The notes under the pieces were generated by a model that saw nothing but the letters and a program-made list of their open reading frames with translations, ran no database searches and was not told where the DNA came from. A stretch of 18,768 nt of DNA from a virus (Duplodnaviria > Heunggongvirae > Uroviricota > Caudoviricetes). Each line of letters starts with the position of its first letter. Positions within the stretch are counted from its first letter, which is position 1. Both the position numbers and the translations under genes were made by a program. Shown piece after piece: positions 1 through 8,099 of this stretch. The stretch lies in IMG/VR virus record IMGVR_UViG_2718217897_000009, positions 1 through 18,768 of that record. One strand, given 5' to 3'.

Positions 1-933
1 TCAGCCCTTAAACACGTTATAGCCGAGTTGCTTAGCGACCGATGCCACCATTTTTTGACCGCGAACACTGTTGCCATCTTCGTCCAGCGGTGGTGAGAAC
101 GCGGCAATTCCCATCACTCCAGGGACGACCGCCAGAATACCGCCACCTACACCGCTTTTGCCCGGTAAACCAACACGATACGCCCAGTCACCGGAGCGAC
201 CATACAGCCCTTCCATCATCATTTCGGCCAGAATGTACGGCACGTTGTCGGCCTGAAGAACGCGTTTATGCGTCAACGGATTCACACCACCTGCCGCCAG
301 CGTCGCGCCAAGCGTTGCCAGTTCAATAGTATTGAGGAGCGTGGAGCACTGACGGGTATACACGTCACAGGCTTCCATTGCATCACAATAGAGATATCCG
401 GCGGAGTACAGCAGCCAGGCTATGGCCCGGTTATGGAAGTTGGTTGTTTGTTCCGACTGGTTGACTTCGTCAGAGAGCGCTACCTGCTCGCCAGCCAGTT
501 GCTGTTGGATATGTAAAATTCGCTGCCAGCGTTGTTCAACATTTTCAGCGTTAATCAGGCTGGTGGTGGCAATAGCGCCAGCATTTACCAGTGGCGAAAG
601 CGGTTTGCCGCCATGCAACTCTAAGGCGATAACTGAGTTAAAGGGCAATCCGGTCGGGTCAGCGCCAATTTTGTCCTGTACCGCCTGCGGGCCGACATCT
701 TCTAACGCAAGGGCTAACGTACAGACTTTCGAGATGGATTCCAGTGCAAAGCGGTAATCACTGTCACCCGCACTATAGACGTTGCCATCGCAGGTCACGA
801 TAGCCACTGCCGCCAGTTGACCTGGTACATTCGCCAGAAAGGGAATGTAATCGGCATTTTGTCCGCCGTTAAGTGAGTGAAATTGGGTGTAAGCCTGATC
901 CACTGCCTGCTGTAATTTGTTTGCATCTAACAT
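1..933 (-). CDS. glsA: Glutaminase 1 (GlsA/YbaS), complete 310-aa ORF; stop codon at window positions 1-3
   Basis: Full-length translation matches E. coli glutaminase YbaS as I remember it (MLDANKLQQAVDQAYTQFHSLNGG... GVGGGILAVVPGV...); serine-dependent glutaminase-type motifs present. Confidence 0.9.
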   Translation of the reverse strand: MLDANKLQQAVDQAYTQFHSLNGGQNADYIPFLANVPGQLAAVAIVTCDGNVYSAGDSDYRFALESISKVCTLALALEDVGPQAVQDKIGADPTGLPFNSVIALELHGGKPLSPLVNAGAIATTSLINAENVEQRWQRILHIQQQLAGEQVALSDEVNQSEQTTNFHNRAIAWLLYSAGYLYCDAMEACDVYTRQCSTLLNTIELATLGATLAAGGVNPLTHKRVLQADNVPYILAEMMMEGLYGRSGDWAYRVGLPGKSGVGGGILAVVPGVMGIAAFSPPLDEDGNSVRGQKMVASVAKQLGYNVFKG

Positions 934-1210
934 CTTTTGTTAACTCCTTTTTATAGATGCGGGAGGTAATTCCTCACCCCGGTGCCGATTTTCAGGCATC
1001 CTGATTTAACTTAGCACCCGCAACTTAACTACAGGAAAACAAAGAGATAAATGTCTAATCCTGATGCAAATCGAGCCGATTTTTTAATCTTTACGGACTT
1101 TTACCCGCCTGGTTTATTAATTTCTTGACCTTCCCCTTGCTGGTTTTTTAAGTACTGCGTGACGCAACATTACGCCACGCATTTTCAATGAGTTAACGAA
1201 TCAAACTAAT
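934..1210. other. Host-prophage junction; expected attL region between the glsA start and the 3' end of int
   Basis: Non-coding stretch between a host housekeeping gene and a P2-type integrase. In P2 the attachment site lies just downstream of int. The core sequence cannot be defined without the other prophage end. Confidence 0.35.
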
Positions 1211-2227
1211 TTAATTTTTCCTTTTTCTCTCAAAGTTTGGACACTCGAGTGGCATTCTCTGCAATGGATTATGCAGCACTGCGTCCTCCAGATATTCAGG
1301 CGAAAAATGCGCATAAGTCATCGTCTGCGATATATCTGCATGACCGAGTATTCTTTGCAGCGAAACAATATTCCCGCCGTTCATCATGAAATGAGTAGCA
1401 AAGGTGTGCCTAAGGACGTGAACAGCTTGCCCGTCTGGCAGGTTAGGCTTAGCCTCCTTGAGCTTTAAACGGAACCACTTATAACTCACGCGGAACAGTC
1501 GCCCCTCATTGCGATTTTTCACCAACCGGACAACATCGTCAGAAACGGGAACCACGCGACGCTTGCCATTCTTCGTGAAGTTGAAAACAACCTTGTTACC
1601 GACAATATGTTCAGCCATCAATTGGTAAGCCTCATTCCACCGCGCCCCTGTGGAAAGCAACAAAACAGCCATGCGGTAGTAATCTATTTTGTCTCCACAG
1701 ATAGAGAGAAATCTCTCTATTTCCTCAGTTGTCAAATAAGACATTTCGGGCGCTTTTTCTTTTAAGCGAGGAAGTGCTAACACCGGATTACCGCCGTGAT
1801 ATTCCCCAATCTCAGTCATTGCTTTCAGTACAGCACTAAGAGCAAAGAGATCGTGGTTGATTGTTGATGCCTTGATACCACTGTCAAGACGGCGCGATCT
1901 GTAATCAGCAATCATACGTTCATCAATCTCACACATCATTGGGTCACCCATATCAAGGCAAATACACCGAAGATTACTCAACCTGCGGTTCGCATAATCC
2001 TTATGGCGACCAATCAGCCTCCACCAGATAGCAATAAAATCGCTAAGATGACGCTTATCAATCAGATTGCCAAAACAATCAGGTGAAGGACTGCTCGCAA
2101 GAATTTCGCGCTCAAATGCTAGGGCCTGACTTCTTTTTTCAAATTTGCGACGGACGCGCTTCCCTTTGCCTCCGTTCAGCCTCATGTCCACGATGTAGCG
2201 ACCATCTTCGAGCTTCTTAATTGACAT
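1211..2227 (-). CDS. int: P2-family tyrosine integrase
   Basis: Translation MSIKKLEDGRY...LSTGARWNEA...HVLRHTFATHFMMNGGNIVSLQRILGH...TYAHF resembles P2 Int with the catalytic R..HxxR..Y region. Start chosen at the internal ATG (2225-2227) preceded by GGAGG; the ORF track extends 5 codons further. Confidence 0.9.
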   Translation of the reverse strand: MSIKKLEDGRYIVDMRLNGGKGKRVRRKFEKRSQALAFEREILASSPSPDCFGNLIDKRHLSDFIAIWWRLIGRHKDYANRRLSNLRCICLDMGDPMMCEIDERMIADYRSRRLDSGIKASTINHDLFALSAVLKAMTEIGEYHGGNPVLALPRLKEKAPEMSYLTTEEIERFLSICGDKIDYYRMAVLLLSTGARWNEAYQLMAEHIVGNKVVFNFTKNGKRRVVPVSDDVVRLVKNRNEGRLFRVSYKWFRLKLKEAKPNLPDGQAVHVLRHTFATHFMMNGGNIVSLQRILGHADISQTMTYAHFSPEYLEDAVLHNPLQRMPLECPNFERKRKN

Positions 2228-2296
2228 AAGAAGACCCTCCAACGGTCATATCTCCATCCTGAAAACAAATGGAGAAAATGTAATGTTTATAAAGTG

Positions 2297-2596
2297 TTAA
2301 CCAGTTAGTTTCCCGGATGGGGTAGACGTTGTTTCGCTCGGCCCACAGTGTGCGAGAGCTGGGGCTATTTGCCCGCGAGCAGGATCAATACGGTCATACA
2401 TAAACCAGTCCTGATACTTGTTAAAACGAGGATGCCCAAAAATCTTGATTGCAGCCTCTAAAGTCATTTTTGATTTGTCCCGCTCATATCCGTGATAGGT
2501 CGTGTAATTCAGCCCAACTAAATCAACAAGTTGTTGTTTTGTTAGTCTTTCAGAATCACGTATAAGAGCTAACTTCTCGCCTTGTGAAATTGACAT
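2297..2596 (-). CDS. P2 C-type immunity repressor (99 aa)
   Basis: 99-aa protein with HTH-like N-terminus and a C-terminal GQIAPALAH...ETTS.P.SG..TG segment that matches P2 repressor C as I remember it; sits immediately upstream of int on the same strand, as in P2. Confidence 0.8.
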   Translation of the reverse strand: MSISQGEKLALIRDSERLTKQQLVDLVGLNYTTYHGYERDKSKMTLEAAIKIFGHPRFNKYQDWFMYDRIDPARGQIAPALAHCGPSETTSTPSGKLTG

Positions 2597-2719
2597 ATTT
2601 ACGAGATCTCCATATAGTTACCTAAAAACCATACGCCACCGCATAATGCGAAATGGCGGCATATGCCAGATGCTGACTTAACAAGCCTCAACAAACGGCA
2701 ACAGAGGAGTGTACCAAAA
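2597..2719. promoter_or_regulatory. Immunity-switch intergenic region with two short perfect palindromes (CGCATAATGCG at 2640-2650, GGCATATGCC at 2658-2667)
   Basis: Palindromes read directly from the sequence between the divergently placed repressor and Cox-position ORFs; candidate operator sites. Confidence 0.35.
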
Positions 2720-3043
2720 ATGACAGAACGACGAGATCTCCAACAAATCACGACTCATCAACATTGTCGTCAGTATCCGCTAGACGGGTATCTGGCTATG
2801 AATATTTGCAAGATGACGGCCCGGCAAATAAGCCGCATTCGAGACATGAGTTTGAGTGAGTTGCGCAAGCAAGAGTATGTATCCAGGGAAGAGTTTGCCT
2901 ATATCACTGGGCGCACTTTCAAAGCGACAGGAAACTACCTGGACCGCAATGAAGATCTTGTCTACAGGGAGTATGCAACACCTAACGCCGCATACCCGCC
3001 CAGACAGCCGAATCACGCAGCTCTGGCAGCGCCTGAGCCGTAA
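2720..3043 (+). CDS. Putative Cox/Apl-position early regulator (start ATG 2720 preceded by GAGGAG); family not recognised
   Basis: ORF divergent from the repressor in the position of P2 cox. RBS GAGGAG sits 10 nt upstream of the ATG. The C-terminal 20 residues are proline-rich and look like out-of-frame translation, so the 3' end is uncertain. Confidence 0.35.
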   Translation: MTERRDLQQITTHQHCRQYPLDGYLAMNICKMTARQISRIRDMSLSELRKQEYVSREEFAYITGRTFKATGNYLDRNEDLVYREYATPNAAYPPRQPNHAALAAPEP

Positions 3044-3371
3044 TCACGGCGTAAGCAGCACAGAGATCCGCCATAACCCGGTCGCCAGCTATCTGGAACA
3101 ACTGGGGGCATCAGACCCCGAAGCCGCCGCACGTCTGGCATCCACACTTCAGCAGGACCAGAACACCATGAAAACCCCCGTTACCGTGCTTTCTGACATG
3201 CTGCGCGCCATCCGTGACGCAGAGCACGCACAGAGAATCAGTGAAACCACTGAACGCGCCCACCGCAAAGCAGACCTGCTGCGGGGTAGCCTGACCAGTG
3301 GAAACAAAAAACAGACAGAAACGGGACTCACAAATCCCGTAAATGAGCAAAAAACGCGCCGCGATATATGA
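2973..3371 (+). CDS. Hypothetical ORF overlapping the 3' end of the Cox-position ORF in another frame; possible frameshifted continuation
   Basis: Frame 0 from about 3000 to 3371 shows coding-like codon usage (G-rich first position, ctg/gcc/cgt codons). Start is uncertain; the ATG at 2973 follows AGGGAG with too short a spacer. Confidence 0.2.
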   Translation: MQHLTPHTRPDSRITQLWQRLSRNHGVSSTEIRHNPVASYLEQLGASDPEAAARLASTLQQDQNTMKTPVTVLSDMLRAIRDAEHAQRISETTERAHRKADLLRGSLTSGNKKQTETGLTNPVNEQKTRRDI

Positions 3372-3447
3372 AGCGCGCACAAAACAGGCAAAAGCGGGAT
3401 TTAAAAATCCTGTAACCGATTAATTAATCAACATAAGGAAAAGCGAC
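3300..3447 (+). promoter_or_regulatory. Candidate parC-like centromere/promoter region upstream of parM
   Basis: Inverted repeat ACGGGA-N8-TCCCGT, palindrome GGATTTAAAAATCC and direct repeats AAATCC(C/T)GTAA lie upstream of the AAGGAA RBS of parM. In plasmid R1, parC lies immediately upstream of parM. Confidence 0.3.
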
Positions 3448-4407
3448 ATGAAAATTTGTATCGACGACGGCTCCACCAACATCAAGCTGGCATGGACTGA
3501 GAACGGCAAACGCCGCAACGCCATCAGCCCGAACAGCTTCAAGTCGGAATGGTCTGCGCCGTTCGGTGGCACGCAGCCCGCGAACTACATGCTTGATGGC
3601 GTGCGCTATGGTTTTGATCCGGTCAGCGATCGCTTTGTCCAGACGACCGACACGCAATACCAGTACAGCGATGTGAATGTAATTGCCATTCATCACGCGC
3701 TGGTCAAATCAGGCATCACACCACAGGAGGTGGATGTGGTTGTCACCCTGCCACTGAGCGAGTATTTCGATACAAACGCACAGCCGGACATGGCCAACAT
3801 CAACCGCAAAAAAGCGAACGTCATGCGCCCGGTGGAGTACCAGAACGGCGAAGCATTCACTATCCGTAACGTACGGGTTATGCCTGAATCCATTCCGGCT
3901 GGCTTTAAGGCACTGGCTGACATGAGTCCGTTTGAATCCCTGCTGATTGTGGATTTGGGCGGAACCACGCTGGATGTGGCAAAGGTTCAGGGGCAACTGG
4001 CAGGTATTAGCCAAGTGTTTTGCGATCCACACGTAGGCGTTTCTCTGATGGCCGATGCCGTACTGTCGGTGATGGCCACTAACGGTATGCGCACCAGTCA
4101 CCACATCGCCAATACCATTATCGAACATCGCCATGATGAAGCCTGGCTGCGCCAGCACATCCACAATGACGCGCATTACAACAGCCTGATGGCGGTTATT
4201 CGTGAAAAGGAAGAAACACTGAAACAACGCGTGATCCGCGCGCTGGCGGTTTTTTCGGGTTACGGGCGGGTGATGGTTGTCGGTGGCGGGGCGGAGATTG
4301 TGGCACCCGCTATCCGCGAAGCCTGCGGAGTTAATGCGACTTTCATCGCGGACGGGGTGCCACAGTTTGCTCTGGTTAATGGGCTGTACGCAATGAACAA
4401 GGAGTAA
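3448..4407 (+). CDS. parM: ParM/StbA-family actin-like segregation ATPase
   Basis: N-terminus MKICIDDGSTNIKLAW...ISPNSFKSEW and internal DLGGTTLD, VMPESIPAG and VVGGGAE motifs match plasmid R1 ParM/StbA as I remember it. Confidence 0.85.
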   Translation: MKICIDDGSTNIKLAWTENGKRRNAISPNSFKSEWSAPFGGTQPANYMLDGVRYGFDPVSDRFVQTTDTQYQYSDVNVIAIHHALVKSGITPQEVDVVVTLPLSEYFDTNAQPDMANINRKKANVMRPVEYQNGEAFTIRNVRVMPESIPAGFKALADMSPFESLLIVDLGGTTLDVAKVQGQLAGISQVFCDPHVGVSLMADAVLSVMATNGMRTSHHIANTIIEHRHDEAWLRQHIHNDAHYNSLMAVIREKEETLKQRVIRALAVFSGYGRVMVVGGGAEIVAPAIREACGVNATFIADGVPQFALVNGLYAMNKE

Positions 4408-4411
4408 ACCA

Positions 4412-4726
4412 ATGACGACACCAACCAGACGGATAAGTTTCTATCTGAAGCCCGCCGCCGTCAAGAGTGAACAGGAGGCGTGCAATTACCTCGATAGCCT
4501 GCCAGCCTCCGAACGCAGCCGCGCGCAACGCGCGGCCTTTCTGGCTGGGCTAGCACTCATAAAGCGCAACCCAGCATTTGCCTACTGGATGGCCGAATGG
4601 CCAGAGGACAACCTCCCCTTCAATACCGTTAGCATCAAGGAAACATACCAGGCTAATCAGCCTAGCGGAGTTGAATGCAATTTTTATAAAATAAAAAAGA
4701 ATATTCAGACCTTATTCCCAGAATAA
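4412..4726 (+). CDS. parR: ParR-family centromere-binding adaptor
   Basis: 104-aa protein RRISFYLKP...LDSLP.SERSRAQRAAFLAGLAL...LFPE resembles R1 ParR (RRTIAFKLNP...LDSIPQGERSRLNRAALTAGLAL...LFPKE); AAGGAG RBS; immediately downstream of parM. Confidence 0.75.
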   Translation: MTTPTRRISFYLKPAAVKSEQEACNYLDSLPASERSRAQRAAFLAGLALIKRNPAFAYWMAEWPEDNLPFNTVSIKETYQANQPSGVECNFYKIKKNIQTLFPE

Positions 4727-4773
4727 TCTGATAATTGTATGTGAACTAATAAAATACATACCAACACATCATT

Positions 4774-4798
4774 CTGGCACCCTTGCTAACAGGGTGCC
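4774..4798. terminator. Hairpin (8-bp stem TGGCACCC/GGGTGCCA, 9-nt loop) between convergent parR and the cargo gene
   Basis: Inverted repeat read directly; no strong T-tract on either strand, so terminator function is tentative. Confidence 0.3.
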
Positions 4799-4809
4799 AA
4801 TGTTTCAAA

Positions 4810-5652
4810 TCATGATGAAATTGCCGAAGTTTTTTTATCGTGCTGAAGTACCGCAAATGCCATTAAAACCTCAAGAGAATAGCGACGATAATACTTAACA
4901 AAACCATAATAAAATACTCGGGATGCAGCAATACAAAACAAGAGAAGAAAACAAAAAGGTAACAGCCTGATATTTATATCTATTAAAAAGGATAGAAGGA
5001 ACAGGAACATAAGCAACCAGACTGAAGCGAGAAAAACAAATGTAATGTTTCTACAAAAACCATACAAAGCAACATAGTTTTGCATTTTCACCTGATGATT
5101 TTTAGAATGTTCATACACATAATGATAAGCAAGGCGAAAAAGATCGCCCCTCAAGCCCTTACGTCGATATAGCGTAGATACAGAAAAAACATTTATATAA
5201 CCATCTCGTATTTGCGGCCAAAAGACTTTAATAAGTATAGAATGCAGTGTGGTTTTATGATGTTCTGCTTTATCAAAAGCTGATACAGGAAGTAAAAAAA
5301 CTCCACGGATAAAATTAACTATACTGAACTTAGTATTATGTCGTTTTATTTTCAGGGAGCTTCTTTTAGAAAACAGATAAATTGAAGGATACCCAAGTTT
5401 ACTGTTCATATATTTTTCAATTAAACAGGATGATAGAATAGATATGAAGTGACCTGAAATATATGATAGAACGATTAATACCACATATATAAATACAGTT
5501 ATTATTTCTTTATATTTCAGGATATGGTTAAGAATACCTTCTATATAAACAGGGTTAATTTCAATAGAAAACAAAAAAAGGATAAACAGGAATAACCCAC
5601 CTGGAATTAGATAGCCCAAAAAGTCATAAAATGAAAACGGATTCTGTGTCAC
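4810..5652 (-). CDS. Hypothetical multi-pass membrane protein (280 aa, GTG start), low-GC cargo
   Basis: Long ORF in a markedly AT-rich segment; hydrophobic stretches at about residues 13-30, 50-75, 205-230 and 238-256; no recognised catalytic motif. Confidence 0.6.
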   Translation of the reverse strand: MTQNPFSFYDFLGYLIPGGLFLFILFLFSIEINPVYIEGILNHILKYKEIITVFIYVVLIVLSYISGHFISILSSCLIEKYMNSKLGYPSIYLFSKRSSLKIKRHNTKFSIVNFIRGVFLLPVSAFDKAEHHKTTLHSILIKVFWPQIRDGYINVFSVSTLYRRKGLRGDLFRLAYHYVYEHSKNHQVKMQNYVALYGFCRNITFVFLASVWLLMFLFLLSFLIDINIRLLPFCFLLLFCIAASRVFYYGFVKYYRRYSLEVLMAFAVLQHDKKTSAISS

Positions 5653-5691
5653 ACTTCCCCCTGTGTTACTTGTAAATTAAAGGGTAAAACA

Positions 5692-6189
5692 TTATTTGTT
5701 TTTCCGTAAAGGATTAGCTTTCCATCTTCTTACTAACCATTCGAATTCTTGATATGTAGTATCCGAATTAATGCTTTCTCTGATTGCTTTAATTAATGGC
5801 TCGGCAATATCATATGTCTCTACAACTGTTGTGTAAGATGTTCTTTTTATCATTTTTTCATCATAAATACCTTCACGAATACTTACAGCAACTCGCTCGT
5901 AAAAATTTAAAATATATTGAAATTTTCGACGCTCGGCCATTTCTTCATCTGTTATTGTGCAACCATCACAAGGAAAAACATAAGAACGAAATGATTTGCC
6001 TGAACGATGCACTTGTTTCAGGGTATGCAATGACTCTATATATTGCATATCTTGCCGACTCTCAAAAAGAAAGTTGGCCGTTTGAGTTTTTTTTGCGGTA
6101 CGCACATTGTAGATAATGGTTCCAATGGCAACCAAAACGCCAAGCAGAACAATAGCATTGCTGATGATTTGTAGTGTTATTGGGTTCAT
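5692..6189 (-). CDS. Hypothetical protein with a single N-terminal TM helix (165 aa), low-GC cargo
   Basis: ORF with hydrophobic N-terminus (IISNAIVLLGVLVAIGTIIY) followed by a charged soluble domain; same strand as and 39 bp upstream of the 280-aa gene. Confidence 0.6.
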   Translation of the reverse strand: MNPITLQIISNAIVLLGVLVAIGTIIYNVRTAKKTQTANFLFESRQDMQYIESLHTLKQVHRSGKSFRSYVFPCDGCTITDEEMAERRKFQYILNFYERVAVSIREGIYDEKMIKRTSYTTVVETYDIAEPLIKAIRESINSDTTYQEFEWLVRRWKANPLRKNK

Positions 6190-6214
6190 CCTATTTCATC
6201 CATAAAAAAGGCGG

Positions 6215-6225
6215 GGAGCAAATCC
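6215..6225. repeat. IS186 target-site duplication, left copy (GGAGCAAATCC)
   Basis: Identical 11-bp sequence directly flanks both ends of the element. Confidence 0.75.
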
Positions 6226-7564
6226 CATAAGCGCTAACTTAAGGGTTGAACCATCTGAAGAATGCGACGCCTCGGTGCCTCGTTAAGACGATGCCTCGCG
6301 TTCTTCAATTGCGTTTTGTAGGCTGTCAGGGATACTGTCCCACGAATGGCCACCTGTAAGCTCCAGATGACCATTTTTGTTATTCTCCACAACGAGTTAG
6401 TTCTTCTTTTCGGATCCGGCACTTCTGGGGGGGAAATCCAGCGATGGCTGGATTATGTCGTCAATTAAAAATGCGGCGAGTAGATTAGCAAATATCCACG
6501 CTTTCGCGAGTTCAGGTTCCTTTGCACGCAAAGCATCCAGGTGCAGCAAACTTTTGAGCCGCTTAAAAGCCAGTTCAATTTGCCATCGCAGACGGTAACA
6601 ATCAGCCACTTGCTCTGCTGAATATTCATCTTCCGGTAATGATGTTAGCAATAGCACATGGCCCGCTGCTTCCAGCGTTTCCGCCTGAACTACTCGTCCT
6701 TTTCGACGATTCTCGCTGAGCAGTCGGGTTTTACTGATTAATGCTTTTTCGGGAGGAAGTGATACGGCAATGAGACGTGCCGGAAAGGGAGCTCCGGCTT
6801 TTTTATTACCTGAATTGCCTATCATTACAGTGGTTTCACCGTTCTTACCGCAATCCAGCCCGCGCAGAAAACCCATCATGTCAAAGCGCATTCCTTCTGC
6901 AGTTAACCAGCGCAATCCTCGCCAGTGAACCCGGACGATATAATCAGCTTCTCCAAAAGCAAGTGAGCGGATACATTCGGGACGCGAACCGAATCCCCGG
7001 TCAGCAATGCGTATCTCGTCTGCCGTTTGCGCAAATCGGTCCAGCCGTTCAGCGTCTCTGCTGTCGGTTAGCTCAAAATCAGTGAACTGACAGGTATGAG
7101 GATCATATCCCATATGTAGTCGCCATTCAGCGCTGCCGCCCCCGGGCGCACTGATTGCTGTTCCATCGACAAGACGCAATCTCTTTCCGCTTGTACAACC
7201 CGTAACTGCGGCGCGTACAGCAAGTGTTTGTGCGGCAAGTATGCCAAACCAGTCGGCGGCATTCCGCAGCCGCTTCAGGAGAGCCACGTCAGATAATGTT
7301 GCAACGTCATGGAGCTGAGCCCATGCAGTGACTTCACGTAATGACATCCCCCCGGGGCCGTAAGCCAGCCCCAGACGTAGCAGAGTTGCAGCATCACGAA
7401 TTTCGCGGCGGCGGGTTAGAGCCCCGGCATTACGTGCCGAAGTATCCAGTTCTTCGGGCTTACCAATATGGGCCAGAATTGCTGACCAGTTATCGTGAGA
7501 GTAATTCATCGGCACGTTAAATCATATCAGGCGTAATACCACAACCCTTAAGTTAGCGCTTATG
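6226..7564 (-). mobile_element. IS186 (IS4 family), 1339 bp, perfect 23-bp terminal inverted repeats CATAAGCGCTAACTTAAGGGTTG
   Basis: Terminal inverted repeats at 6226-6248 and 7542-7564 read directly; the internal ORF matches the IS186 transposase; flanked by an 11-bp direct repeat. Confidence 0.9.
6397..7509 (-). CDS. IS186 transposase (DDE, IS4 family), 370 aa
   Basis: Translation MNYSHDNWSAILAHIGKPEELDTSARNAGALTRRREIRDAATLLRLGLAYGPGG... matches IS186 transposase over its full length as I remember it; the ORF track starts two codons earlier (MPMNY). Confidence 0.9.
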   Translation of the reverse strand: MNYSHDNWSAILAHIGKPEELDTSARNAGALTRRREIRDAATLLRLGLAYGPGGMSLREVTAWAQLHDVATLSDVALLKRLRNAADWFGILAAQTLAVRAAVTGCTSGKRLRLVDGTAISAPGGGSAEWRLHMGYDPHTCQFTDFELTDSRDAERLDRFAQTADEIRIADRGFGSRPECIRSLAFGEADYIVRVHWRGLRWLTAEGMRFDMMGFLRGLDCGKNGETTVMIGNSGNKKAGAPFPARLIAVSLPPEKALISKTRLLSENRRKGRVVQAETLEAAGHVLLLTSLPEDEYSAEQVADCYRLRWQIELAFKRLKSLLHLDALRAKEPELAKAWIFANLLAAFLIDDIIQPSLDFPPRSAGSEKKN

Positions 7565-7575
7565 GGAGCAAATCC
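7565..7575. repeat. IS186 target-site duplication, right copy (GGAGCAAATCC)
   Basis: Identical to 6215-6225. Confidence 0.75.
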
Positions 7576-7736
7576 CCGCCTCATTAGAGGTCAACGTAGC
7601 TTAGAAACCATCAAATTCATCATGCATTTTTTTCATATCAACCCCCTCATAGAAATCATAACCACGTTTTGTGGTTTTTGTGATGCATAAACTACATCAA
7701 AGGCAAGCTACGGTCAAATATATGGGCATGCTTACC

Positions 7737-7766
7737 TGCACAAAAGTGCACAAATTTGCACAATTT
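7737..7766. repeat. Three direct repeats of TGCACAA phased exactly 10 bp apart
   Basis: TGCACAA at 7737-7743, 7747-7753 and 7757-7763, followed by a T7 run; helical-turn phasing suggests a protein-binding array. Confidence 0.5.
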
Positions 7767-8075
7767 TTTTGAACGACTTTTTACCCTTCCGGCCCGCGTG
7801 GCAGCTGGATCCGTCAGGGATCCGTGCATGCACAAAAAAACGCGTTTTTGTTGCGCGCAGGTGCCGGGGGAACAGCCCGCAATTTGGGGTCTGAAAGCAT
7901 CCTCAGAAATCGCCAGAAATGCTGCTGATTGTGCCCCTGACGCGATGTTTTATTGGTTGTGTGGTGAAGTATGGGCTGATGCATCACATGCCTGTGATGC
8001 ACTTTGATGCGACGTGTGCTGACAGGTTATTCAACCTGGTAGATCCCTGAGATGCCTGGTGCGTGACACACCGGA

Positions 8076-8099
8076 GCTGGTGAGTCGGGGCATAAATTT
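8076..8099. other. Near-perfect palindrome CGGGGCATAAA-TT-TTTATGCCCCG about 37 bp downstream of the portal stop
   Basis: Read directly; 11-bp arms; no adjacent T-tract on the minus strand. Confidence 0.4.

Noticed and set aside
42-757. Several plus-strand ORFs (42..329, 71..256, 268..516, 422..757) inside glsA
   Set aside because: They lie antisense to or overlap a well-supported conserved gene, have proline/arginine-rich composition typical of shadow frames, and lack RBSs.
934-1210. Search for a tRNA gene or an att core repeat at the prophage boundary
   Set aside because: No tRNA-like sequence is seen, and no direct repeat of this region recurs after ogr within the window; the right prophage end is probably outside the window.
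6204-6225. The G-rich IS186 target (AGGCGGGGAGCAAAT) as the phage cos site
   Set aside because: Resemblance to the remembered P2/186 cohesive-end sequence is limited to the GGCGGGG core; the perfect dyad symmetry with a flanking A/T-run is better explained as a terminator hairpin and IS186 hotspot.
6777-7262. ORFs inside IS186 other than the transposase
   Set aside because: They overlap the full-length transposase reading frame; IS186 is known to encode a single transposase.
7756-8007. 83-aa plus-strand ORF (TTG start) and overlapping 62-aa minus-strand ORF between IS186 and the portal gene
   Set aside because: The TTG start lies inside the TGCACAA repeat array with no RBS; cysteine/alanine-rich translation with no recognisable features. 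The region is more plausibly regulatory or cos-related.
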